Below the pieces are notes generated by a model. That model had not been told where the DNA came from. It saw only the letters and a program-made list of their open reading frames with translations, and made no database searches. A program made the position numbers and the translations under genes. This document shows positions 8,580-17,891 of a stretch of DNA of 64,000 nt, in pieces; the stretch's first letter is position 1, and the number at the start of each line of letters is the position of its first letter. Source of the DNA: Candidatus Multivoradales bacterium (lineage in GTDB: Bacteria; Acidobacteriota; Thermoanaerobaculia; Multivoradales; J023); the NCBI GenBank assembly GCA_965248925.1, contig CBDFLE010000005.1, forward strand, positions 160,001-224,000, given 5' to 3'.

Positions 8580-11500
8580 ATGAGTCAAATCGATCCCTAT
8601 CAGCCGAAGCACATCGTGCGCATCATCACCGCCACTTCGCTCTACGATGGCCACGACGCATCGATCAACATCATGCGCCGTATTTTGCAAGCCTCGGGAG
8701 CGGAGGTCATTCATCTGGGGCATAACCGCAGCGTGGCGGAAATCGTCAATGCCGCGGTCCAGGAAGACGTCCAGGGGGTGGCGGTTACCAGCTACCAGGG
8801 TGGCCACATGGAGTTCTTCACCTATTTGCGCGAGATGCTCGACCAGCGCGGTGCTGGCCTGGTGAAGATCTTTGGCGGTGGCGGTGGCACCATCGTGCCG
8901 CGGGAGATCGAGCAGTTGCACGCCGCCGGCATCGACCGAATCTTCTCTCCCGACGACGGCAGGGCGCTCGGTCTTCAAGGGATGATCGACATCGTCCTGA
9001 GGGGTTGTGATTTCGACCTCACCGAGTTGCCGGTCGACAGCGGCCACCCTGACCAGCAGCTGGCCCGTCGGATCTCCCGCGCCGAGGCCGGCTTGACCAC
9101 CGAGCGGCCGACCGCCAGCGCCTCGTGGCGGGCGCCGGTGGTGGGCATCACCGGCACTGGCGGAGCTGGCAAGTCGAGCCTCACCGACGAATTAGTGCGG
9201 CGCTTTTTGGCCGATTTTGACCACCAGCGGGTGGCGGTGCTGTGTGCCGATCCGACCCGTCGTCGCACCGGTGGCGCCTTGCTCGGCGATCGGATTCGCT
9301 TCAATACGTTGAAGAACGAGCGGCTGTTCATGCGCTCCCTCGCCACCCGCGGCGCCAAGGGCGAGCTTGCCGAGTCGATTGGCCGGGTGGTGGAGGAGGT
9401 GTGCGGCGAATTCGATCTGGTGATCGTCGAGACCGCCGGTATCGGCCAGGGCGACAGCTCGATCACCGACATCGCCGACCTCACTCTCTACGTCATGACC
9501 AGCGAGTACGGCGCCCCGAGTCAGCTCGAGAAAATCGAGATGTTGGACTATGCCGATCTGGTGGCGATCAATAAATACACCCGCCGCGGTTCTGAGGACG
9601 CCCTGCGCGATGTGCGCAAGCAGGTGCAGCGCAACCGTCAGCTGTGGGATACCCCCCCTGAGCAGCTGCCGGTGTTTGGCACCAGCGCGGCGCACTTCAA
9701 CGATGCCGGGGTCAACGCCCTTTATGCCGAGCTCGTTCAGCTGCTCGCTAGTCGCCTAGAGCTTGACTGGCAGAGCAAATTCGCAGCAACCGACCAGCGG
9801 GTGACGGACACCGTCGCATCGGTAATCCCCGCCGGTCGCGAACGCTACCTCAGCGAAGTGGCGGCGAGCTGTCGCGACTATCGGCGTCGGGCCGAGCAGC
9901 AAGCCGCAGTGGCCCGCCGGGTGGAAGCACTGCGCCTGGCCCTTGAGGAACTAGGAGAGAAGCCCCTCGACAGCTGGCACGAGCTGGGTCGAGAGACCGG
10001 TACCTACGGTCCTGCCGCCACTGCGATGTTCAAATGCCACGATGGTCTGCTCGCTGAACTAGATAGCCGTAGCCGAGAAATCCTCGGCGGCTGGCATAGT
10101 TGGCGTCAACGCTACGATGGTGACACCTTCTCCTACCCGGTTCGGGGCCGGCAGATTGAAGTGACTAATACTCGCCAAACTCTGTCCGGCAGCCTGGTGC
10201 GCAAAGTGGCTCTGCCGCGCTTCGAGGCCGCTGCCGAGCGCCTGCGCTGGCGGCTGTTGGAGAATGTGCCGGGGGAGTATCCCTACACCGCTGGAGTGTT
10301 TCCGTTCAAACGTCAGGCCGAGGATCCGACGCGGATGTTCGCTGGCGAAGGAGATGCGGCGCGCACCAATCGCCGATTTCATCTCCTTGCCGACCCGCAG
10401 CCGGCAAAGCGCTTGTCGACCGCCTTTGATTCCCTGACCTTGTATGGCGAGGATCCCGGCCGCCGGCCCGATGTTTACGGCAAGATTGGCGAGAGCGGCG
10501 TCTCGGTTTGGAGCGCCGAGGAAGCGGAGCAGCTCTATGCCGGCTTCGACCTCTGTGATCCCAAAACCTCGGTGTCGATGACCATCAACGGCCCGGCGCC
10601 GACGATCCTGGCCTTCTTTCTCAACACCGCCATCCGCCAGCAATGCCGCCGCTTCTTGCGCCAGGCTGGTCGCTTGGAGATTAGCGAGGCTGAAGAGCTA
10701 CAGCCCGACTCTTTCCGGGGCTCGAGTTGGCTCGAGGTGCGAGCCTTGCTCACCGAAGAGGAGTACGAGACGGTTGCCTGCGCCGCCCAACAGGAAGTTC
10801 GCGGCACGGTGCAGGCCGACATTCTCAAGGAGGACCAGGGCCAGAACACTTGCATCTTCTCGACCGAGTTCGCCTTGCGGATGATGGGCGACGTGCAGCA
10901 GTACTTCATCGACCAGGGGGTGCGCAATTTCTACAGCGTGTCGATTTCTGGCTACCACATCGCCGAGGCTGGGGCCAATCCCATCCACCAGCTGGCCTTC
11001 ACTCTGGCCAATGGCCTGACTTACATCGAGTACTACCTGTCGCGGGGCATGGCGATCGACGATTTTGCCGCCAATTTGAGCTTTTTCTTCAGTAACGGCA
11101 TGGACGCCGAATACTCGGTCATCGGTCGGGTGGCGCGGCGCATCTGGGCGGTGACCTTGCGCCAGCGCTATGGCGCCAACGACCGCAGCCAGAAGCTGAA
11201 GTACCATATCCAGACCAGTGGCCGCTCACTGCACGCGCAAGAGATCCAGTTCAACGACATCCGCACCACTCTGCAAGCGCTGCTGGCCACCTATGACAAC
11301 GCCCAGAGTCTGCATACCAACGCCTATGACGAAGCCATCACCACCCCGACGGAGGAGTCGGTGCGGCGAGCGATGGCGATTCAGCTGATTATCAACCGCG
11401 AGTTCGGCCTCACTTTCTGTGAGAACGCCACCCAGGGCAGTTTCATCATCGAGCAGCTCACCGATCTGGTGGAGGAGGCGGTGTTGGCCGAGTTCGACCG

Positions 11501-11906
11501 CTTGACCGAGCGCGGCGGGGTGCTCGGGGCGATGGAGTTGCAGTATCAGCGCGGTACTATCCAAGAGGATTCGCTGCATTACGAGCACCTCAAACACAGC
11601 GGCGAGCTGCCGCTGATCGGTGTCAACACCTTCCTACCCGACAATCGGGAAGCAGCCGAGACGCCGCGTGAGATCGACTTGACCCGGGCGACGCCGGAAG
11701 AGAAGCAAGGCGCGGTCTCGCGTTTGGCCGACTTCCATAAGCGCCACCAGGATACGGCCGAACACGCCCTGGCCGAGTTGCGGCGGGCAGCGCTCGACGG
11801 CGGCAATATCTTCGCCGCGCTGATGCGGACCGTGGAGAGTTGCTCGCTGGGCCAGATCACCGCCGCGCTGTATCAAGTCGGCGGTGAGTACCGGCGCAAT
11901 CTGTAG
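8580..11906 (+). CDS. icmF: Fused isobutyryl-CoA mutase / MeaB-like GTPase
   Basis: B12-binding DGHD, GTPase GTGGAGKSS and ETAGIGQ, mutase domain with RMFAG (Phe specificity residue), ends GGEYRRNL. Confidence 0.95.
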   Translation: MSQIDPYQPKHIVRIITATSLYDGHDASINIMRRILQASGAEVIHLGHNRSVAEIVNAAVQEDVQGVAVTSYQGGHMEFFTYLREMLDQRGAGLVKIFGGGGGTIVPREIEQLHAAGIDRIFSPDDGRALGLQGMIDIVLRGCDFDLTELPVDSGHPDQQLARRISRAEAGLTTERPTASASWRAPVVGITGTGGAGKSSLTDELVRRFLADFDHQRVAVLCADPTRRRTGGALLGDRIRFNTLKNERLFMRSLATRGAKGELAESIGRVVEEVCGEFDLVIVETAGIGQGDSSITDIADLTLYVMTSEYGAPSQLEKIEMLDYADLVAINKYTRRGSEDALRDVRKQVQRNRQLWDTPPEQLPVFGTSAAHFNDAGVNALYAELVQLLASRLELDWQSKFAATDQRVTDTVASVIPAGRERYLSEVAASCRDYRRRAEQQAAVARRVEALRLALEELGEKPLDSWHELGRETGTYGPAATAMFKCHDGLLAELDSRSREILGGWHSWRQRYDGDTFSYPVRGRQIEVTNTRQTLSGSLVRKVALPRFEAAAERLRWRLLENVPGEYPYTAGVFPFKRQAEDPTRMFAGEGDAARTNRRFHLLADPQPAKRLSTAFDSLTLYGEDPGRRPDVYGKIGESGVSVWSAEEAEQLYAGFDLCDPKTSVSMTINGPAPTILAFFLNTAIRQQCRRFLRQAGRLEISEAEELQPDSFRGSSWLEVRALLTEEEYETVACAAQQEVRGTVQADILKEDQGQNTCIFSTEFALRMMGDVQQYFIDQGVRNFYSVSISGYHIAEAGANPIHQLAFTLANGLTYIEYYLSRGMAIDDFAANLSFFFSNGMDAEYSVIGRVARRIWAVTLRQRYGANDRSQKLKYHIQTSGRSLHAQEIQFNDIRTTLQALLATYDNAQSLHTNAYDEAITTPTEESVRRAMAIQLIINREFGLTFCENATQGSFIIEQLTDLVEEAVLAEFDRLTERGGVLGAMELQYQRGTIQEDSLHYEHLKHSGELPLIGVNTFLPDNREAAETPREIDLTRATPEEKQGAVSRLADFHKRHQDTAEHALAELRRAALDGGNIFAALMRTVESCSLGQITAALYQVGGEYRRNL

Positions 11907-12035
11907 ATCTCAATTCCGGGTGCGCTAGAACGCATGCGGCCATGTTAGCGTCCGCTTTGAGCATTGCCTTGAGCATTGTCACGCCACTACCCACTTGACT
12001 CTAGAGAATCGATCACTTCCGAAGGAGGACACCGT

Positions 12036-12479
12036 ATGTCAACCCTACGTCATTGGGCGCTGCTAGCCCTGCTGAGCCTACTCCTGACTTCCGCTGCCAC
12101 CGCCGCCACGATCAACAAGGACTTTCCCTTCGAGGTCGACAAATGGTACGACCTCGATGTGGTCGACGGTGAGGTCACCATCCACCGCGTGCGGATCGAG
12201 GTGCAGAGTGGCAACGTCAAGTCGCGGATTTTCCGCCCGTCCAATAGCGAGTTCTCGACCACCGTCCAGATCCAGGTCGCTTACACCAACGACAGATCAC
12301 GGGAGGTCGAAGCCGATATCGACATTGTTTGGCTCGACAAGGCTGGCAAGGAGATCGATGGTTACCGTGACGAGGAAGATATGGATGAGGACGAATCCGA
12401 CAAGATGACCATGACCTTCTCGACCTCGAAATACGGCCTGGAAGTTGCCCAGACGCTGCGAGTTCGGATCGACTTCTGA
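12036..12479 (+). CDS. Secreted hypothetical protein, acidic and beta-rich
   Basis: GAAGGAGG RBS, Sec-type signal peptide (LLALLSLLLTSAATA), GC3-biased codons. Confidence 0.75.
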   Translation: MSTLRHWALLALLSLLLTSAATAATINKDFPFEVDKWYDLDVVDGEVTIHRVRIEVQSGNVKSRIFRPSNSEFSTTVQIQVAYTNDRSREVEADIDIVWLDKAGKEIDGYRDEEDMDEDESDKMTMTFSTSKYGLEVAQTLRVRIDF

Positions 12480-12824
12480 GCGCCCCGCATAGCGGCACAC
12501 CGCCTCTATTGAGACCCGCAGTCTAACGGTAAGATCGAGCGCTGACACCGCACGATGCGCTTTCCCAACGACGACTGGCAGCAGGTTTTCGCAGCCACAC
12601 CGAGCTTGTTGGCAGAGCAGTTGAGAATGGTCGCTCGTGGAGAGGTGGCTCAGCTGTTGATCCAAGGCGGGCTGCACGAACCAAGGTTGGGTCGGCAGCC
12701 CTCGGTGGTGGCCAGCATCAGGCTCGGCGATCCTCTAGGTGGCAGCACGCCAGTTTTTTTCTGGAATGCCACGCCGTCGGTGCCGCGGGCTGCTCCCTGA
12801 GCGGATCGCGGCGGCCTCCAGGAA

Positions 12825-13697
12825 TCAGCCGCCGAAGGTGTCGCAGACCCGCGGGTCGCCGTTCTCCAGGCCGCGGCGGAACCAGCTGATACGGTGCTCG
12901 GCGGAGCCGTGGGTGAAGGCGTCGGGGTGGATCGAACGCCCCGACATGCGGGCGATGCGGTCGTCGCCGATCGAACCAGCGGCGCGCAGGCCCTCGTCCA
13001 AGTCGCCACGCTCGAGCTTGCCCCGTTGGGCCGCCGAATGGCCCCAGACGCCGGCGTAACAATCAGCTTGCAGCTCCATTGCCACTTGGATTTGATTGGC
13101 TTCGCGCTTGCTTGCTCGCTGCTTGGCGCGGCGTACTTGATCGCTGATCCCGAGCAAAGTCTGGACATGGTGGCCGATCTCGTGGGCCAAGACGTAGGCC
13201 TGGGCGAAATCACCAGGAGCACGGAAACGATCGCTGAGTTCGCGATAGAACACCAGATCGATGTAGACCTTGCGGTCGGCCGGGCAGTAGAACGGGCCGC
13301 TGGCGGCCTGGGCGTAGCCGCAGCCGGAGCGATCGAAGTCGCGAAACAGCACCAAGGTGGTTTCTTCGTAGCGTTGGCCTAGCTGCGGTAGCAACTGCTG
13401 CCATACCGCTTGGATATCGTCGAGCTGATAGCCGATGAACTCGACCATTGCCTGCTCCGGATCGTCCGCCAAGGATCCGGGCTGCTGGTATTGCTGCGGC
13501 GCCGGACTCGTCGGACTCTGCCCCCCATCCATGCCACCAACCAGCTGGAAGAAATCCTGGCCAAAGACCAAGCTCAGCACGCCGAGCAGCAGGATGGTGC
13601 CGCAGCCCATCTGCGACCCTCGGCCCATTGGAATCCGGCCTTGTTTGTGCCGCCTATCTTCGATATTCCTGCTCTTATGTCCCCGTGTCCAACGCAC
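12825..13697 (-). CDS. Neutral zinc metallopeptidase, YpfJ family
   Basis: S-N-I-E-D-R-R N-terminus, GPFYCPAD, AHEIGHHVQ, ELQADCYAG, FTHGS. Confidence 0.93.
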   Translation of the reverse strand: MRWTRGHKSRNIEDRRHKQGRIPMGRGSQMGCGTILLLGVLSLVFGQDFFQLVGGMDGGQSPTSPAPQQYQQPGSLADDPEQAMVEFIGYQLDDIQAVWQQLLPQLGQRYEETTLVLFRDFDRSGCGYAQAASGPFYCPADRKVYIDLVFYRELSDRFRAPGDFAQAYVLAHEIGHHVQTLLGISDQVRRAKQRASKREANQIQVAMELQADCYAGVWGHSAAQRGKLERGDLDEGLRAAGSIGDDRIARMSGRSIHPDAFTHGSAEHRISWFRRGLENGDPRVCDTFGG

Positions 13698-14012
13698 CAC
13701 AACACTCCTACCTTCGCCGTTATCTCTTCGTCCGGCTGTGGGACTTTCCCGCGCCGTACCCGCCACCGAACGCTGCTAGCGCAGCGGAATCTCGCTCTCG
13801 GTAGCCCGCGTGGCGAGAAAACTATCACGCAGGACCCCGCGAACGGCCCGAGTTGCCTTTTTCTCCGATAGAATTGCGAGTCGGTGGAGAGCCCGCAGGG
13901 GCTTTGACTCTACTGAGGCGCGGTGCTAGCGTGCCGAATCCCGCGCAGCCCTCCCGCCTTGGCGAGAGGCTTGCCGCACCAGCACACCCGAATGAAATGG
14001 GAGATGGAGTCG

Positions 14013-15077
14013 ATGGCCAAGACGATCCTACTCGCGGACGACAGCATTACCATCCAGAAAGTGGTCGAACTCACCTTCATGGACGAGGACTACCAGATCA
14101 TGGCGGTCAGCGATGGTACTGCCGCGCTGGCCAAGCTGGACGAAAATATTCCAGATCTGGTGATCGCCGATGTCCACATGCCTGGGGCTGATGGCTACGA
14201 GGTGTGTCGTACTGTCAAGCAGCGCGCACCCGAGGTGCCGGTGGTCTTGCTAGTCGGGACGTTCGAACCTTTCGATGCCGACCAGGCGGCCAGCGCTAAC
14301 GCCGATGGACATCTGAAGAAGCCCTTCGACTCTCAAGACTTGCTGCAGTTAGTCGAGCAGCTGATCGGTAGTGAGGCGACGGCGGAGGAGCAGGCTGCCG
14401 AGGAGCCAGCTGTTGCGGAATCGGAGCTTCCCTCACCGACGTTTGGCGCGGTGGATGCGGCGCCAAGCGTGGGCACCGAGGACGAGACTCTGATTGGCAG
14501 CGCGACCGACTTCGCGCTGGCCGATGGCCTGGGTACGCCGCGGATTCATGCGTTGATGGACGACGCGCCCTCGATTCCGGTCGTCGAGGTGGAAGCGGCA
14601 GCTGCCAGCGAAGCCACGACGGTTGCCGGCGGTACTTGGGACGGCTCTCAGTCGGTGACTGAGGAAGCTGAGGAAGCGATCGAAGATACTAACGAAGCGG
14701 TGCTGGACGCCGCCGACAGCGTGGTAAGCGCAGCCGATGACCTTGACCTCGAACTAGCCGGCGCCACCGGTTTAACCGCCAGTGCCGAGGACCAGGTTAC
14801 TGAGCTGGTGGCTTCGGCTCCGGAGGCCGACACTCGTCCGACATTGGCCCGCTCCATGGACACCTCCGAAGACACTTCGGAGGTCGCCGAAGAGTCCGCT
14901 GCCAGCGACAATGGGCACTTGACATTGTCCGACAGTGATCTCGAGCGAGTTGCCAAGAGGGTGGTCGAGCTGATCAGCGACAAGGTCTTGCACGACGTGG
15001 CCTGGGAAGTTGTTCCAGATCTTGCCGAACTGGCGATCAAGGAGCGCATTCGCGACTTGGAGAGTCAGGTCGAGTAG
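14013..15077 (+). CDS. RomR-like response regulator (receiver + acidic linker + conserved C-terminal helix)
   Basis: ILLADDS..IAD..MPG..KPF receiver; Glu/Ala-rich linker; C-terminal AWEVVPDLAE motif resembling Myxococcus RomR. Confidence 0.8.
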   Translation: MAKTILLADDSITIQKVVELTFMDEDYQIMAVSDGTAALAKLDENIPDLVIADVHMPGADGYEVCRTVKQRAPEVPVVLLVGTFEPFDADQAASANADGHLKKPFDSQDLLQLVEQLIGSEATAEEQAAEEPAVAESELPSPTFGAVDAAPSVGTEDETLIGSATDFALADGLGTPRIHALMDDAPSIPVVEVEAAAASEATTVAGGTWDGSQSVTEEAEEAIEDTNEAVLDAADSVVSAADDLDLELAGATGLTASAEDQVTELVASAPEADTRPTLARSMDTSEDTSEVAEESAASDNGHLTLSDSDLERVAKRVVELISDKVLHDVAWEVVPDLAELAIKERIRDLESQVE

Positions 15078-15874
15078 TGGTGGTGGATTTTCGCGCCTTC
15101 GCCGACCGGCTGAGGTCCCGGCGGGTGGGTCCATCCGCCGCCCTGGTGCTCGCGGAAACCGTCGGCTCAACTCATGTCTTGGGGCAGCGCCTACTCGAAG
15201 CGTACGCCTGCGACAGCTGCGAGACCCCGGCGATCGACCTCATTGCTTGGCAGCAACTGGCCGGTCGTGGGCGCCACCAACGGCGTTGGGCAAGTCCGCC
15301 CGGACAAGGAATCTACGTTTCTCTAGTACGAGATCTACCCAGCGCCAAGTGCTTGCAAGGCTTGCCGCTAGTGGTGGCGGTGGTGCTGTGCCGTCAGCTG
15401 CGACTCTATCTCGGCGCACGCTGCAGATTGAAGTGGCCCAACGATCTCATGGTGCAAGAGCGCAAGCTTGGCGGCATTCTGATCGAGGCCAAGACGGCCA
15501 GCGAGCGGGCTCGGGTGGTGATCAGCTTTGGCATCAACTATGGCCTGCTAAACTCTTTCGCCGAAGTGGGCGCGACGTCTCTTGCACAAGAGTTGGAAAG
15601 CGCTGTGCCGCTGGCCTCGCTGCCGAGTTTGGCAGATCTCGCTGCCGAGTTGCTGACCGCGGTCGAAGGGGCGCTGCGGCGACCGAACGATCAGCTGTTG
15701 CTGGCTCAATACAGCCGTTTCTCGGCGCATCGTCCGGGTGATTCGATGCATTGTCGGATGACCGCCGAAGAAGTGTCTGGCACTTTTGTCGGTTTCGATG
15801 ATCGCGGCTTTCTCCGCTTGCAGGTGGCGGGCAAGGAACGGTCGATAAGCGTTGGCGAGGTGATGGGTGGCTGA
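15077..15874 (+). CDS. birA: Biotin--[acetyl-CoA-carboxylase] ligase (no HTH domain)
   Basis: QLAGRGR..RRWASP, LKWPNDL, KLGGILIE. Confidence 0.92.
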   Translation: MVVDFRAFADRLRSRRVGPSAALVLAETVGSTHVLGQRLLEAYACDSCETPAIDLIAWQQLAGRGRHQRRWASPPGQGIYVSLVRDLPSAKCLQGLPLVVAVVLCRQLRLYLGARCRLKWPNDLMVQERKLGGILIEAKTASERARVVISFGINYGLLNSFAEVGATSLAQELESAVPLASLPSLADLAAELLTAVEGALRRPNDQLLLAQYSRFSAHRPGDSMHCRMTAEEVSGTFVGFDDRGFLRLQVAGKERSISVGEVMGG

Positions 15875-16673
15875 TTCTAGAAGTGGGCAACTGGTGGTGG
15901 TCGATGCCGGCAACACCAACACCGTCTTCGGCATCTTCCGTGGCGGTGAGTTGGCGACAGACTTTCGCCTATCCACCGATCCCGAGCGCACTGCCGACGA
16001 ATACACCGCTTTGCTCTCGCCACTTTTCTCGGCAGCAGGCTTAGATCCGCGGCAGACGGATGCGCTGCTAGTGTCGTCGGTGGTTCCGCGTCTGCGGCAA
16101 ATCCTGGAGCGTCTCGGCCGGCGATACTTCGCTGCCGACCCTGTCTTCGTCGGGCCGGCCCTCGACACCGGGCTGGAGATCCGCCATCTGGATCCCGCCG
16201 AGGTCGGTGCCGACCGGGTAGTCAATTCGCTGGCGGCGCGAAATCTCTATGGCGCGCCGCTGGTGGTGGTCGATTTCGGCACCGCCACCACCTTTGACGT
16301 CTTGGCGCCTGACGGTGCCTATGTTGGAGGGTTGATCGCGCCGGGGCCGGAGATTTCCGCCGAGGCCCTGTTCTCCCATGCTTCTCGGCTCTACCGAGTA
16401 GATCTGAGAAAGCCCCAACGCCTGATCGGGCGCGACACCGCCGGGGCCATGCGGTCGGGAATCTACTACGGCTATTTGGGACTGGTGGACGGCATCCTCG
16501 AACGCCTGTTGGCCGAGCTGGGCGAACTGCGCACGGTGGTGGCCACCGGCGGACAAGCACGGTGGATCGCTGAAGGTTCTCGCTTCATTCGCCATGTCGA
16601 GCCCTTGCTCACCCTCTATGGACTGCGGCAGATCCACGAGTATCAGCATGAGCAAAGAGCGGCCCGAGACTGA
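15867..16673 (+). CDS. coaX: Type III pantothenate kinase
   Basis: DAGNTNT, SSVVP, EVGADR, VVDFGTATT, VATGG. Confidence 0.95.
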   Translation: MADSRSGQLVVVDAGNTNTVFGIFRGGELATDFRLSTDPERTADEYTALLSPLFSAAGLDPRQTDALLVSSVVPRLRQILERLGRRYFAADPVFVGPALDTGLEIRHLDPAEVGADRVVNSLAARNLYGAPLVVVDFGTATTFDVLAPDGAYVGGLIAPGPEISAEALFSHASRLYRVDLRKPQRLIGRDTAGAMRSGIYYGYLGLVDGILERLLAELGELRTVVATGGQARWIAEGSRFIRHVEPLLTLYGLRQIHEYQHEQRAARD

Positions 16674-17331
16674 GTCCGGGCAACCGCCGGCAAATCCGGT
16701 CGCGGGCGCAGACCACAGCTATTTCCAAGCGATCGAAAGCACCTTTATCGAACTGCGAGGAGCGCCCTTGCTGTTGTCGCCAGCAGATTGGCAAGTTGCT
16801 CAAAGCTGGCATCAGCAGGGTATTTCCCTGCGCTTGGTCGAGAGTACCTTGCGCGAGATCTTCGAGCATCGCCAGGCGGTGCCGCAGGACAAAGTGCTGA
16901 CCCTGCGCTTCTGCCGCTCAGCGGTGGAGAAGGCCTTCAAGCGAGAGCAGGAACTGAGCCTGGGCGCCGATCGCCAAACCACTGTTCCAGGTCTCGATCT
17001 AGCGCAGATCCTGGGCCGGCTGGCCGATTCTCTTCCCGACCAGATGGCTGACCTCAGCTGGCGTTTGCGGCAGCTCGAAGGCGATGCCGAGCATCTCGAG
17101 AAACAACTCGGTGACCTGGATCACGAACTGATGGAGCGAGCTTCGAGCCTGCTAGACGAAGACAGTCGCCAGCAGCTCGACGCTGCCTTGGCCGAATCCC
17201 TCGCCTCCCTCGGCCGCCGCCTATCCCGAGCCGAGCTCGAACAAGCCGCGCCACGGTTGCGCAACAGTTTGCTACGGCGCCAGCTAGAGCTACCCATCCT
17301 GTCGTTGTTTTCATTGCCAGACAGTGAGTAG
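16648..17331 (+). CDS. Conserved hypothetical protein, N-terminus DnaD-like
   Basis: Overlaps the coaX end; LLLSPADWQVAQSWHQQGISL motif; helical C-terminus. Confidence 0.65.
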   Translation: MSKERPETESGQPPANPVAGADHSYFQAIESTFIELRGAPLLLSPADWQVAQSWHQQGISLRLVESTLREIFEHRQAVPQDKVLTLRFCRSAVEKAFKREQELSLGADRQTTVPGLDLAQILGRLADSLPDQMADLSWRLRQLEGDAEHLEKQLGDLDHELMERASSLLDEDSRQQLDAALAESLASLGRRLSRAELEQAAPRLRNSLLRRQLELPILSLFSLPDSE

Positions 17332-17891
17332 TAGTGAACGCTACCCACACAAAGTGTTGTAGCGCCAGAATAGATGCTTGGAAGGATCCACGATTTGCAC
17401 ACCTTACGGCGGCAGCTTCAACTACTCCCGCGGCATCTCCCTCGACCGTCTCCCAACATACTGGCCTGGTGCCGTTCTGGTGCCACCCTAGTCGTGCCCT
17501 CTTGTTTTCTGTAGCTTACGTCACGTTGGTGTTCGCTCGTGCAGCCTGCCTGTTGCCAAGGCAACTGCATCGATCGTCTCTTTCACGGCGGCAAGCCACG
17601 CCGGTTAATAGCGGCGGCTAGGTACCGCACTTCTGTTCTCGCCCTGGCCGATTGCGACATCTCTGCGGAAATCGCTCTGGCGGCGGCTAGCCGCCACGGA
17701 CTTGGATGGCCTCGGTGATCTCGATGCTTGATTCCAGGCATCGCCCAGCAGAGGTCAGATTTACTACTCGGCTCGTGAGGCTCGCTCTCACCAGCGGCGC
17801 CAGCAGCTGACCTTCGGTCTCGCGTGCGAGCCTGGCGAGAAAGTCTTTTTTCCTTGCAAGATAGCCCGGTGGCTTCGCGTCTCTGGGGGGT

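Noticed and set aside
12555-12800. 81-aa ORF in the gap after the secreted protein
   Set aside because: No RBS or recognisable motif; cannot be told apart from chance or a decayed fragment
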